From assembly GCA_015680685.1 (NCBI GenBank), contig MNCI01000556.1, positions 1,390,202-1,454,201 of the forward strand: DNA of 64,000 nt. Direction: 5' to 3'. Below, piece by piece: positions 50,235-64,000 of the stretch. The translations under genes and the position numbers were made by a program. The stretch comes from Gnetum montanum. Taxonomy: Eukaryota; Plantae; Gnetophyta. The notes under the pieces were generated by a model, which was not told the DNA's origin, did no database searches, and saw only the letters and a program-made list of their open reading frames with translations. Position 1 is the stretch's first letter. Each line of letters opens with the position of its first letter.

Positions 50235-53200
50235 TGATGAGTAGTGAGCAGTCTCTATGTCTAACCATACAAATCATTAGTGTTCACTAATCAATCTAGT
50301 CAAATTCCATAGACTTTAGATCTCTAACTATACTAGGTCTAGGTAGTAAATCTAACAAATGTGATCATTCTCGTCTAAGTTTCACTTGTGAGGTGCAAAG
50401 GTATGCTTAAGTGTAACTCAAGCATATGATTTTTATCATTTTATATTTATTAGTTAAATTTCCTACATGTTATAAATAACATAATTAAACATTTAATTAA
50501 TCTAATAAATATCTAATATCTTAATTAGTCATATCATAAACATAAGTTTCCATTTACTGTACACATCTTGAATCACATTGCAACATTACTAGATTACGAA
50601 GTGTTACATGCTACTGGGATTATCAAACATTAATGTATGCTCGAAATGGTCATACTTATGTGTATTAATTAATCACTAATTAATCAAATAATTAAATGAA
50701 TTAAATTAAATTACTCAAATAATAAATTCATTAAGTAAATATTAAACTAATTCCAAGTGTTCCAAGGTTTTTGAAGAAAGCTTCTCTTTATTGCTAATCA
50801 CACTAAGGTGCTTAGGTACATTAGTGCTTCAATAAAGATTTGTACATTTCTTACTTCTATTATACGCATGTAGAAAATATTCTAACTTTCAAATACAAAA
50901 ACGCAAGAGCCTCAATAGGATACTAAATAACAAATGCAATAAATACAATTGGTAAGCATGTATTTATAGACAAGACAAGACACTATGTCAACAGGGTCAC
51001 ATCAATGTATCAAATCATGCACCAATGTGACTGCATTGATGGAATCATGTCAACAAGATTGCATAGATGGAATCCTATTGAAACACCCTCAAAAATACAT
51101 TTCATCATACCCCACAATTGAATGAAAACTTTTCCTCAAGTGAACAAAAGAAAGAACAAGTTTCTTAACAAAATTTTGGGAAGGTATGGGATTATTAATT
51201 AACTAACTAACACATAAAGTAACACAAACAAATACTAAGTGCCGAAGTGTACAAATTTACAATCATTACAAAATTTGGTATTCATGACAACAAAATTGAA
51301 CACCATAACAAAATCTGATAGCACAACTTCTTTGATGTGTTTAAAGAAAAGAAAAAACTTCACATGGTCTCATGCAATGGAGGTTGCTAAGATTTCAAAG
51401 GATCTTCTCCTACCTCTAGTGCATGCAATTGTTGTGGTTGATGCTATGGTTGTGGCTATCCAACTATAGTTATGACTTCTAGTTAAAGATAGAAAGCATG
51501 AAGAAATGCTTTCATATAATCGTACTTACTCATGGGATCACACACGGTCCACACGACATCACCAATGTGGATTGGTATGGGAACATCCCAATGATAGGAC
51601 ATTGTAGGGAACAACTCTTTGACGTTGGTAAACTAGACAATGAATTGTTTGTGTTCAATGTCAAATGCTCTATTTTCATATTGTAGCTCTTGGTAGTCAT
51701 TCATTCTTTTGGATAGGTTCTCTACTATTGATTTTTAATTAGCAAACATTACCTTGAGAACCTTGAGTTCAATGTTGGTTGTTTCTTACTTCTCTTTTGT
51801 TTCTTTATGGTACTTGAGCTCTACCTTGTATAGAAGGTATGAGTTAGCCACTTGTTTTCACAATTCTAACCTTGGCCTTTTAGTGTTCACCATTGCCAAA
51901 TTTGACTAACAAAGGTTGGCAAGATCCATGTACTCCATCATTTTCTCAATCTGTAGCTTCTTGAGGTGGATTTTAGGTTTTTTGTATTTATTTAGTCCAT
52001 CAAAGATAGGCTATCATACATAACCTCTCTATTGGAACTACTAGATGATATCATTTTCCTTTTTCATTGCTAGTTGGATATATTTTTCATTTATGTCATT
52101 CTACAAGCCAACCTAGTCCCTTTAATGGTTATTGATCCTTTTGAATTTGAGGGCATTATTTTTCTAGTAAGAAATTTTAGTTGTAGAATTTTGGCAAATA
52201 GCATGCACCTTCTCCATCAAGAGATTTTTATTTTCTGGAGCCAACCTCCTCAATTCAATGTTTACCTTAACAATCTCCTTCTATTATTATGAGATGAATT
52301 CTATCATTTGATCCTTTTGCATCTCAACATTTTGCAAGTGATGGTTCTCATATGTTAGCTTGATGTTCTTTTGGTGAACCTTCAACAACTCCTTTTGAAT
52401 GTTGTATGTAGTGGCATCTACTAATGATTAATCAAAGATTGATGACTTCTTTCCATACTTCGCCTCTTAAAGTTTCACCTGAATCTATTAAAAATATTCA
52501 TCTCATGCTACATTCTAGCTAAGTATGATGGGGTCAGCAAGGTGGGCTTTCAATTTTGCAACCTCAATAACCAATCATTAATTCTACTCTATGGCTACCT
52601 CAAGTTGGGCATTTGAAATGAGGACCTTGCTCCTAGCCTCAAGTAGCTCTAACTAGTTTGCTAAAATAGGTTTTAGGATACTAAAGATATCTAGAATTGG
52701 TTGCCTAATTCCTACTAGTTGGTCCAAAAACTCCTCATGCTAGCTTACACTAAATTTTCTAGTTCTTGCTCCTATGAACACCTACACATATCTGAGTGTA
52801 GCAACATCTACTATAGATGTTGTAGGGATGTTGAGTGCATCAATCACTCTATCAATGACCATCTTTGTCATTGTTTCCTACTCTTGCTGCTCCATCACTA
52901 GAATAGTTGCCTCCTCACTCTCCTCCAAGTACACTGAAATGGTAGCAGGATTTCAAATGATTTTTGGGAATTATTGCTATTGAAAGAGGGATATCATTAC
53001 CTCTTGGGTGCTAGGATTTTATCTTGCATGTACTTGTATTCTTTGAGTAGAAAACATTGGTGCTAAACTCTCCATCCTACTAATTGATCATGCCACCTCA
53101 TTAAGATGACTCAATGCTATTTTGTAGATAAAGGGTTCACCACCACTTGGCCCTACCTACTGTTGCTATAGGAGTTGCTCATAGAGTTTATGCTACTCTC

Positions 53201-56200
53201 AATGGTAGCATTAGACTCTAGTATTGATTGTTCATGAGTGGGTGGTGGTGGTAGCTGCTCCTCTTTCAAAATCCTTCCAAGAATTTTATCTTTCATAATT
53301 TTTAACCAAAGAGGTAGTAGGAACATGTCTAATGTTGATATTCGTGTAGCAGACAATTCCTCTTCCTTTGCATAATCTCTGGATGAAAATGAAAGAAAGA
53401 ATGCCTTCCTTACACAGTTTTTTTATTTGTATCACTTCTCTATCATCAGATAGATTAGCTATGGAAGGTTGTTATGAAATTTATTACTCAAAGTGGCACA
53501 TTCACGAATAGAAAAGGTTGTCACCTTGGTAGGCCTCATCATTAGATTGAGGTGGTAGGCTATCATCTTAAAATATGCATACTCTGCCATTGTAAGTGCA
53601 CAATATTCCTTACAATAAACTTCATATCACTACTAGATCCACTTCTTTTTGACCATTGGGTCTTCTTGTATTTATACTTCTACAAAAGTTGCTCTAGTTT
53701 TTGGCATCTTAAGAATCTTAGAAATGGACTTCATTGAGTAGGACATAGAAATGTCCTTAATATTCATGGTGGCATCACCCTACCTATTATTCTAGAAGAG
53801 ATATGTTTCTTCCATGTACTATTCTCCACTACAAGTGAGAATGGACAATATGGAAGAAGAATAAAGTTGAGCTTTAACATCCTCTGGAGTAAAGTCCAAG
53901 AAAGATCCAAAGTTTAGTTAAGGAAAAATTTCTTTTTGAATTTCCCTAGACCCAATCTGCCTCAATAAACCCTCCATCAGAGTGACCTCAAGGTTCGGTC
54001 TTGGTTATAGGTGTCTCATCCCAATGGCACTACTCTATTTCAACTTCTAGAATCTAATGGATAGATTCCATTTTGGGATTCTCTTGAAGAGATCCCATTA
54101 CATGAGTCTTGGCTACTTGCTCTGAGGATGACTTCACTTCCTAGCCTCTTCTAGTTCTAGGCCACTTGTTCCTTGGTTGGAATGGTCCTACTTCTTGCAA
54201 AAACTTAGGTCTAGGTGGCATCTATTATCACAACATGATCAAGGATTAGCATTTGATGTGTAACTTAGAATATTTACATAGCTTGTCTCTTGAATTAGTT
54301 ATACCTATCTAAGTTGCAATCATGAAAAATTAATTATTGTAATACTATTTTATTATAATTTATAATTGAATGGCTACCAAAGTTTGTTTGAAATATTTAA
54401 TGGTCATTAATTAGTCATTTTAATATTATTTTATTGGATAAACCTTGTGGGAGTTAGAAAAGTTCTGAAATTTTTTTTTTGTCAAAAACCTAAGGTTTGT
54501 GACCCCCACAACGTAGAGCTCACCTCCAATAGTTGCAAGAATAAAGAACAAGGTAAATTAGACAAGTAGTATGAAAGCTATTTTCCTTGGAAGATTCTAA
54601 TCTCTAAAAATGACAAAAACTCCTTCACCATTTGTAAGCAGATGGAAAACATTTTAAAGTGTTATGCTATATTTATATATTTTTATGGTTGCATCGATGG
54701 AATCCTATAGACAAGGTGACATCGACATAAGGGGCTACATTAACAAGGTCATGTTGATGCAGCCAAAAGATAAAAATTATCCTTTTGAATAAAAATAAAG
54801 AGTTGTTGCATGTAATTGGAGTCCATAGAGATATAGAAATACCAACAACATGAAGAAATACTTGAAGAGGACTAGATAATTCACAAAAAATAAGATTTTT
54901 TGGGAGAATGATTGGAGATAACATTAAAAGGGAATGAAAAATTGGACACAATTGACATGGAGCATAAATGATATGAATGCGAAAATGTCTAAGGGATGAG
55001 AAACATAACTAGCCCAACAAAGGACTCTACAAGTGGATCCTCCCCATAGTAGGCTCATGCCTTTTATTTTCTCTCATAACCTCAAATCAAGGATTCTATG
55101 AACCCCATGGATGATTAATGGTTACAATAACTTAAGAACTAAATCTTGTAAGAAACTATCTATGAATTTTGACACATCAAACTAAGACATCAAATAAAAC
55201 ATGAAAAATGCACTAAGATGAGTTATGGAAAGCATTAGTGGATGAGGTAAAGAGTGGAATGGAGTCTTGTACCATGGTCACATGAAGTCCCTTGTGGATT
55301 TTGTTGTTAATATGACATAATAACATCCATACTTAGTCTAAATTAAAACCAACCACATTCAATGATTTTACATTAACACTCCAAGACTAGTCCACCACCT
55401 CAAGGTACAAAAATATCCCCATAGATCAATCACCATTCCTAAAAGAAAAGAGAAGAGAAGTAGGAACTAAAATGAGCCTTAGTTAAAGGGGATGTTCAAG
55501 CATGGGTAACATGTCTTTATAGTTCCATAACTAGTGCTTGTAGCCCATTGTTTTATCTAAATTGTGTGCTTTCAATTTTCAATATTTTTTATTTTTTTTT
55601 ATTTTTAATTTTTGTTTTTTTTTTTCGGAGCCACACAATTCAAAGACTTTTATCTTCTTGTTATTGGTTGATAATGAAATGGTAAGAAGTCCATGGAATC
55701 ACTCATGCACCCAATAGGGTAGGCAAGTATAGAGAGCATCAAATCCCTTTAAATTCACATCCTTGTCTATCCATTTAATCCTTCCCATGTTTGAAAACTA
55801 ACAAGATCACAAATTCTTTATAAGTTTCATTTAAGAAGGGTCTAGATATTTCCAAAATAAGGGAACAACATAGAGTTTTGTGCATGGGTGAATGACATGG
55901 AATCACTACCTGTAATCATGAAAAGAAAACCATGTCTTGTTTATTAATACCAAAATTCGAAGATAGAATCTAGACATTAGCAATCAAATAACATTATAGT
56001 AGAAACCACCATCAATCAATAGCTATCATTGCACTTACTCCTAATGGCAACAAAGAAAAATAAAACAACATAAGAAAATCTTTAGAAAAATCCAAAAAAA
56101 GTAAAGTAAAACATAAAAAAATTGTAAAAAATTTAATAAATAGAAAAATGTAATAAAATTGGTGCAAGAAAAAGGTGAAAATCACTTATTAGTTCTTGAT

Positions 56201-59200
56201 TCAAAATGGGACATCTCCCCCATGACTAAGTTCATGGCTAGGACAAGAACTACTAATTTGGTTATATGCTTCCATGCATTTTCTGAATAGCTTGGCATTC
56301 TCATTTGTGAGCCATTGAGGGTCCTTTGGTTTAGTAACTATTTTGTGAACCTAGTTTTTCTCACACTCTTGTCTTTTATGTTCACTATGGGTTGGTGTAG
56401 GAATTGAGTGAATACTTTTAACCTTTATCCCATATTTGTATCCTTTGTTATTAATAATAATGCATGGAATGTTCTATCTTCCCTCAATGATAGGTTTATC
56501 TTTTATGTTTTATGTATCAGTGGTGATAGATGTTGGCTCTTGCATAGGATTGGGAGACATTATTTTGACAACATAGGATGTTGCACCAGATTGATGAGCT
56601 AGTAGATCTATGCGTATTATTTGCTTGAGTGGGAACCATCCTAAAGAAGGAATGTTTTCTAAATTTCTATAGAGATCTGCTAATATGATCATTTCTATGT
56701 ATGTTCATAGTACAAGTGGCATTCTTCCATTGTTGTTGCACTACCAAACCTTCATGTCTTATTGGTAGTGACATATGGTGAAGGAAAGTATGAGAATATT
56801 GAGGATATGATGGAGGGTGAGAGGTGTAAGATGGTGATCACATAGAAGATGTTGTGCACTAATGATATTTGAGAGAGTGGAAGTAGTGATTTGATGTAGA
56901 TGAAGTAGAACTAGTTGGGAAAATAGGTGATTGAACATAATATCCCTATAAGTTCAGTGACAATAGGGTAGTGCTATTTTGATGATGGCCTCCCCCACGA
57001 CTGTGGATTTTGCCACTGTGGTTGATACAAATTTTGAGGCTGATAAAAAGTCACTAGGATAGCATAATTGGTTATAGGATTGTAGATAATTATCTTATGA
57101 TAAAGATAATTTACTAGACATTTGATTTTGTACAAACTTGGGATTCAAAAAAAATCACAATAGTCATGTGTATGCAACATGACTAGTCAATAGCCCTTTT
57201 AATTGTCATAGAGGTAAATGTCACATCCATCATCATGTTTTGTGGTTGAGTCTATAGCATCTTCACCTATAGCCATTTTACCTTTTTTATCGATAAGCAT
57301 TCCTACTAGTTTCTTGGTTCTTTTTCCTCTTCTTGTTTTGATCACTTGATTCTTTTTGTTTTATCCTCTCCTTTGCAATTTTTATATAAGTTGTAACTTT
57401 ATCATTCATCAACTCTAGCATCTTATCTAGCCTTGCTTCAAGCTCATCAATATACTTTTGTATTGGCAATGTTTATTTCGAAATCACCTCATCAAGAGCT
57501 ATCTCTTTTTTTTTTCATTAAACATATGGATCCTTTTCTTTTGAAGAGTTGGATCCTAGTTATATTCATCTACATTCTCTCATTTACATAGCTCTCCTTC
57601 TTCTTTTTCAACTTGCTCAATTATCCTTTGTATTTGATGGGCTTTCAATTCAAATAATCAACCTTGGACATAAATCACAAGGGTCTCCATTGTTTCATTA
57701 TGGAGCCCATCTATGATATGGAAAAGTTACTCTTTTGGAGAGAAATCATGGCCTAGACATCTATGTAGTAGCAAATATTATCTATTCAAGGCCACATCCC
57801 AAGGTTCATGATTTTCTTGCTTCCACCTTTGGATTTTTTTTCTTAGGTTGGATATGTTCACATAGGTTTGGTATTTTTCATTAAAATGTTTCAACATTGT
57901 GGACCATTGGTGAATAAAATCAAGTTTCAATGACCTATACCAAATTTCAAATTCATCTATTAGTGTCCTAGGAAAGAGCTTAAGCTTTTTCAACTTACAT
58001 TCAATGTTTTGCAAGGCACAGGCATCATGGAAGGCTTGTAAATGATATTGTGGATGAGAATTGTAGCCTTCACTAAATTTAGGGATGTTTTCCATATCAA
58101 GTTATTTGATGTAGCTATCCCTTTGATACCTTTGGGATATTTAAACTACCTTTCAAATCTCTTTCAATCCCCTAGTAGGCAACAAGGATTCATCTATATC
58201 AAGCACATCATGGTGATAATCTATATTTCTATTCATCTAATTATGATGGTCTTAGCTATGATCATTTTGATGTCTTTGCTTTTGCCCTTGGGTTTAATTG
58301 CTATCTTTATCTTAATCCCATGGTGGAGCTCTATCTCTATACCTACATTTATCTTCATTATAATTAGACATGGAAAAGGAAGAGAAAGATGAGGAATTGG
58401 GAGAGTCACCATAGCTCATATATCTTCCCTCATGATTCCTTACTCTATCCTTTCTAGGTTTAGAGGAGGTCCTAAGGCTTCAGGTCCTCCTTGTTCTAAG
58501 ACATTCTCCATCTTCTCTAGGATTTTCTACACTAGCTAAACATAGTCCTTGCATATAGTAAGGATGGGAATGAGCATATGAAACCCCTACCTGAGGTTGA
58601 TCACTCCAATTCTCTACAATATAGAACCTATCATTTCTCTTATGAGTGTTTTCATCATATGATGTGTTATTGGTCCTTTTGTGAAGGAGACGTGCCTTCA
58701 ATTAATAATGTGTGTCACGTAAAATACTAATATTTCCAAAAAGATAAATACTTAATACTATTACAATGATTGTTTAGTGATTTCACTATTGTTCTAGATA
58801 GCACACATAGGTAACTAAAGTCTCTAACAATGATGCCAATGATGAGTAGTGAGTAGTTCCTATGCCCAACCATATGAATCACTAGCATTCACTAAGTGAT
58901 CTAATCAAATTTTATAGACTTAATCTCTCTAAGTACACTTGGTCTAGGTAGTGAATCTAACGAACATGATGTCTTCTTAATTTCACTTATGAGGTGCAAA
59001 GGTATGATTAAGTGTAAGTTAGCCATATGATTTTCATCATTTTATACTTATTATTTAAATAACCTAAGTTCTAGAAATAAAATAATTAAATGTTTAATTA
59101 ATCTAATAACTAACTAATATCTTAATTTTTCCTATCATAAGCATCCATTCTCATTTACCATACACATCCTAAACCATGTTGCAATGTTACTTGGTCACCA

Positions 59201-59686
59201 AGCATTAAGCACTACTTGGATTACCAAATGTTACTATATTCTTGAAATGATCATACTTATGTGTATTAATTAATTACTTATTAATCAATTAATTGAATGC
59301 ATTAATTTAAATTTCTCATATAATAAATCCATTAAGTAAACATTAAACTAATTCCAAGTGCTACAAGGTTTATGAAGAATGCTCATCTTTATTGTTATTC
59401 ACATTGAGATGTTCAGTTACATTAGTGCTCAAATAAAAGTATGTATGCTTCTCACTCATACTATAGGCACCTAGAAAATATTCTAACTTTCAAACAAATA
59501 AAATGTAGGAGCTTTGCTATGATACTAAACAATGGATGTCTTAAATGCGACTAGTGAGCATGTATATATAGGCTAGATAAGATGCTTCATTTATAGGGTC
59601 ATGTTAATGTATCAAGCCACTTGTCGATGTGACCATGTCAATGCAATAGCATCCCATCAACAAATCCTAGGAAAGATGCTTCATCA
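50235..59686 (-). mobile_element. Athila-like non-autonomous element C (3' LTR 50235-51107, extra ORF ~51350-54221, gag ~56250-58700, PBS 58821-58838, 5' LTR 58840-59686); no RT/RH/IN
   Basis: TGATG..CATCA LTR termini; PPT at 51108; gag MENIPKFSEGYNSHPQYHLQAF..WKQENHEPW; the gag region runs straight into the post-integrase motif (ccccatgactaagtt at ~56217, compare ~35555 in B). Confidence 0.85.
51350..54221 (-). pseudogene. Athila extra ORF (~950 codons): plant-transposon-protein-like N-terminus plus long coiled coil
   Basis: Start MPPRPKF directly after acceptor-like ATAATAG; same ORF in A (MEGYLREIGSKEIQKVVLPKLNYELFLEF...), B and E; many deamination stops. Confidence 0.65.
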
Positions 59687-61649
59687 AATCATAAGCCTCA
59701 TCAAGGGTTTGTGCTAATAAAAAGACAACTTTTTCTAGTACATCTTTTTGAGATCTCCTAAAAATGTTGAAGCTTGCTCATACTCCTAGTTTACATTAGC
59801 TTGATGGAATAGATCACAAAATTTGATTTAAATTTTTTTTACCTCATTGTTATCTTACCTTAGGAATTTTAACTTTATAATGATTTCTTGTCACTAATGA
59901 GACTATTCAAATTTTATTTTTAACTTGTATTTCATTAGATCCCAATCTCTGATATGTTGCCTATTTCATCTTTCATAATCCTAGGACTTCCTTCTCCACC
60001 AAGTAGAAGTCATACCTTCTAATCTAGATTCAAGAATATGTATCCTAAAGTATTTCAATACCTTTTCCAACTGAAAATGTTTCTCAAGTATCTTCAGCTA
60101 CCTTGCAAAAGGATTGGTGCCATCTACACCATTGAAAATATTCAACTCTACAAATGAAAGTCATGATTCATTTTTGAATGCTCCAACAAGCCTTGTCTCA
60201 TCTTCAATGTTGCGCTTTCTTGAATAAGTATTCAACACCATTGGAGTCCTTGATGTTCTTATTTTAGAAATAGGATTCCCTCTCATTGGAATCCTTGGAT
60301 GATGGTTTTCTATACTCCCATAGTTAGATCAACCTTCCTCTTCATCTACTCCATCTCTACTTGGACATGAAACCCCCATAGATATATTAACCTTTCTATG
60401 GATACCTTAAATTAATTTATTAGAATATTACAGTATTTTTTACATAACCCACAAGCATCCAAAACCTGTCACAATCAATCCATGTTGTAGAGCATGAGGC
60501 TCTACAACCACACAATTGTTGTTCTCAATGCAAGACACAATCAATAGAAATATCTCCTATAACTTGGAATTAAGATCTCAACTCAAAAGTGAGACACAAG
60601 AGAATTTAACACATAGACCAACATACTAAAAATTTATCTTTGAGTTGCAATCACCAATTATACTCATCCAATGTGCTCACCCACTCTCTCTTACCTAGAT
60701 CTCCACTTTTAAGGGCATTCTCTCTTACCCCTTTGACATACAACATCTCTCTTCTTGCATACTAGCTCTCGACACTTATCATGGATGGATACATAAATAA
60801 TTATGGATATTCTAAATCCTAGAAAATTTTATATTTTCCTTTCTAGATGTTTCCCACAAGGATCTATGATGCATTGAATGTTTTCCAATCAAAATGCCAT
60901 GTTAGAGCTTTTTCCTTCACCGTCTTAGACATCTTTGGTTTTTCTTAGACATCTACTATGAAAGCATTACTTTCAGGTAAGATTCTTACTATTTTTGGTA
61001 GATGCTTATTTTGGTCCATAGATGTATATACTTCTAATTATACATCTATGGTGAGATGTTTATCTTTTCAATTAGACATCTCTCCTATAAGTCCCAAAAA
61101 TAAAATGCTCATTTTGATGCCTAGAACATTTAAATACCTTCAAAAAAAATTTCATAGGCCTTTAAGCCCCATAAACTGATCAAAATAATCCGAAAACACC
61201 TACAAACATGACAAAACATCCAAGAATATTCACCATGAAAAATCAACACAAAAACAAGACATGCTTATTTAGGTCTTCTTCAAGCACAAAAACCCAGAAA
61301 AACAACTTGTAGAACAAACACAAGGAAATTGGAAGAGGTGTTCCTACACTAAAACATTTCTTGCACTCTTTCAATATATTTTGAAAGTTTAGCGCTAAGT
61401 CCAATTCCCCAAACAACACATTTGTACAATACAATAGGATGGATGATGGTTTTAAAAAATTGTTTTTTGACCTTTTAAACCCAAAGGCCTAAATCATTAC
61501 ACCTATTTTATGAAATCATATAGAGCATTAAAACCTCTTGCTATTTTTTTAATTCACTTTCCCCACATGTAATTGTTCATATAAATGAGATCCAGATATT
61601 TAAATTAATTTACTATTTCCTTATTGGTACCTACAAAATGGAAGTATAC

Positions 61650-63480
61650 ATGTTATAAATAGTTTATTGTAAAACAACCAAATATCTTTAAAAGAATAAT
61701 TAAATTATAAAGAGGTTTTATGATGAAAATACTATAAGAAATGTCTAGGATCCTTTTTAATAGTGTAAGTAAAATATTACTATTGCTTTAAAATAAATTT
61801 CCTCTTCTTAGTTCTAATCAAGCATTTATATGCCTTGACTAAACTTTATTTGTTATTCTTATTCTACATTCTTTATATTCAATCCAACATAAAAGCAATT
61901 ATCATCAAACCATCTCTTCTAACATCTTGTTGTTTGAATTTAAAACTTGCTTAGCAACTATAAGTAAAATTTATTAACTCATTATGCTATCTTTCAAGAA
62001 TCCATTTTTTATGTGTTGCATCCATGTATATTTCTTTACTTTTGCAATGACTTGATTTGGTAAGAAACTTAATTTGAAAGCTTGAGATCATGAGTTCAAT
62101 TCTTGTGGGTAATTCTAAGTTATAAAAAGTTCTAATTAGATTCTATATTTTGGGCTATTCCTATGTTTCACTTATTTCAATTGCTAATGCCCCCCAATTT
62201 TAGGATAACTTTGTATAAAATATTTTTCCTATTTATATTTTTTGTAGTTTGAAGGAACTACCACTTTAAGTGATGGTAAGGTGGTTGTTTCTCAAGTCAT
62301 AAGATCTAAGTTTGATTTTGGATGTAGCAACTTAAATGAAGTTAAAATTTTTCTCATCCATTGACACTTCTAGTATCCTACCTTGGTGAGATGATAATTG
62401 AGCTTGTAGTCAATGATCCAATTTCTTTTTGTTTTTTGAGAAAAAAATTTCATTTACAAAAAAATATCTATATTATGATGTCAAGACTCTACTAAATCAT
62501 TCCTATGTTTCAAATCTTTTATAAATTCAATGTCTTCATAAGAACATAAAAGAAAATCAATGCAAGAGTAACCCTGAATTCCACTAAAAGTAAATGATCA
62601 AGATTGAGGAAATCTAGCAATGCCATTGCAAATGTGAAGAAAAAACATTTGTGCATTCAATTGTAATCTTTAATAATGCCCAAATTATTAGACATTATAT
62701 TGCAACTTAATACTTTTTTTTTGGTGGGAACGTACCTTGAACAATATCTCAAAGTAGAAATCATAACCATTTCTTCATTCTAGATAGAGTTAAACACCGA
62801 AAAGTATATGAGAAATTTTGCCACAAGTGCAAAGAAATTATTTAATAGTTTCATATTCAACCTGGCACAAAATATATTTAACAATTATGTATTTTTTGAG
62901 AACTCAAAGTTTTTACAATAGTCCATACTTTCAAAGAAATGGTAAATGTATTTTTGAAACTTAAACCTAAAGATTTACATACACTGAGATTACCTTGGTT
63001 AAAAATTTATTTTATAGAATTTTTTGTGTGAAAAAAATGATTTGGAGTATGGGAAATTGGTATCTCATAGTCATGTATAAGAAGTTTAACTAGGGAATTC
63101 TATGAAATCAAACTAGGGAATCCTATAAAATTTAGCTAACATATGCCTAGAAAATTAACAAGGTGAAGGCAACAAATTAGGTAAATCAAAAAATATTTGT
63201 CAAATTTCAAAGCACTTTCTTCAAAATTATGCTACTACATTTGAAATTACAATCACTACATCATTCCAAGAAGAACATAAAACTATAAATTTGAAACTCT
63301 AGAAAATGAATAGAGCAAATATACATAGAATTTATGTTGTTAGCACAAAGCTTGTGTTAAACTAGACCCAAGTATAGAAAAGTTTGAATGATGAAACAAT
63401 AACCAAGAGAAAACACCTTTAATATTTTGATTAAATTCACTATCAAGGAGAAAACACCTTGAATCTTCTAAACAAAGTAA
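61650..63480. repeat. Second copy of the AT-rich flank (paralogue of 42663-44560)
   Basis: See 42663-44560. Confidence 0.9.
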
Positions 63481-64000
63481 GTAAGTAGGAGTTTGCAATG
63501 TAGTATGAGCAACTTGCACATAGTATTTGTCTGACATGAGCTCATGATTTTGAAAAGGTGTTAATGATCAAGGTATATCATAAATGTCCATTATATATGT
63601 TCATTGTAATAAATCTTAGAAAAAAAGAATTGTACATGGAATGTGTATTTCAAATATTTTTGGATTTCCCACTAATCCTTTTCATAGTTAAAATTTATTG
63701 AATCTAAATTTAAACTATAACTATAATCCTACGACTTCATAGATAGTGCTATCCAAGTAATGAATGATGTGGCTAAAAAAAATTGAAAAATGATATCTTA
63801 TCATCTTTAATCAAGTCCAAACTAAGGCTTGAGATTAGGTAGTTATAGATGATGCTTACAACTATTTGCTTAAATTTTATAGATTTATTTACAATTCCAT
63901 TAAAAATTATAATTTCATGGAATACTGAAATATGCATTAAATATAGTACAGGGTAGATTTAGGTTGGGCTTGGTAAAGGTTTACTACTTTTCCTAGACAA

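Larger units (their letters stand above)
46461..61351 (-). mobile_element. Non-autonomous CRM-like chromovirus, copy D, both LTRs present (46461-47447, 60399-61351), interrupted by Athila C
   Basis: Colinear with D'; flanked by AAAC (46457-46460 and 61352-61355); gag-PR-unknown-IN tail-chromodomain; no RT seen. Confidence 0.82.

Overview
Eukaryotic (plant, most likely gymnosperm-like) heterochromatic DNA built almost entirely of nested Ty3/gypsy LTR retrotransposons; no intact host gene is visible. Reconstructed layers: (1) a young, CpG-rich Tat/Ogre-type element (minus strand, 1-5439; near-intact gag running off the left edge, tRNA-Asn PBS, LTR carrying a 181-bp tandem array) inserted into (2) the 3' part of an Athila-like element (5440-8189), which sits in the RT of (3) an old Tat element of the same family (8190-20369), which abuts (4) a pol-deleted CRM-like chromovirus carrying a pol-less Athila insertion. 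Unit (4) and its flank occur twice (about 20370-44560 and 46461-63480, an ancient tandem duplication), and a full gag-pol Athila (31021-42662) was added to the first copy. The main finding, not visible in the ORF track: the old Tat element has a ~5.5-kb intron-like spacer between protease and RT. It holds an ANTISENSE five-exon gene (10201-13640, ~644 codons, four GT-AG introns with compatible phases) encoding an FCP1/NIF-like HAD phosphatase domain that lacks the catalytic aspartates, fused to a PMD/plant-transposon-protein-like domain. Each TE family here also carries arrays of its own CG-centred motif in the LTR, and for Tat and Athila also next to the extra gene. Together these suggest a TE-encoded, sequence-specific anti-silencing or transcription-control module (hypothesis). 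All domain calls come from manual translation and motif recognition, not database searches.
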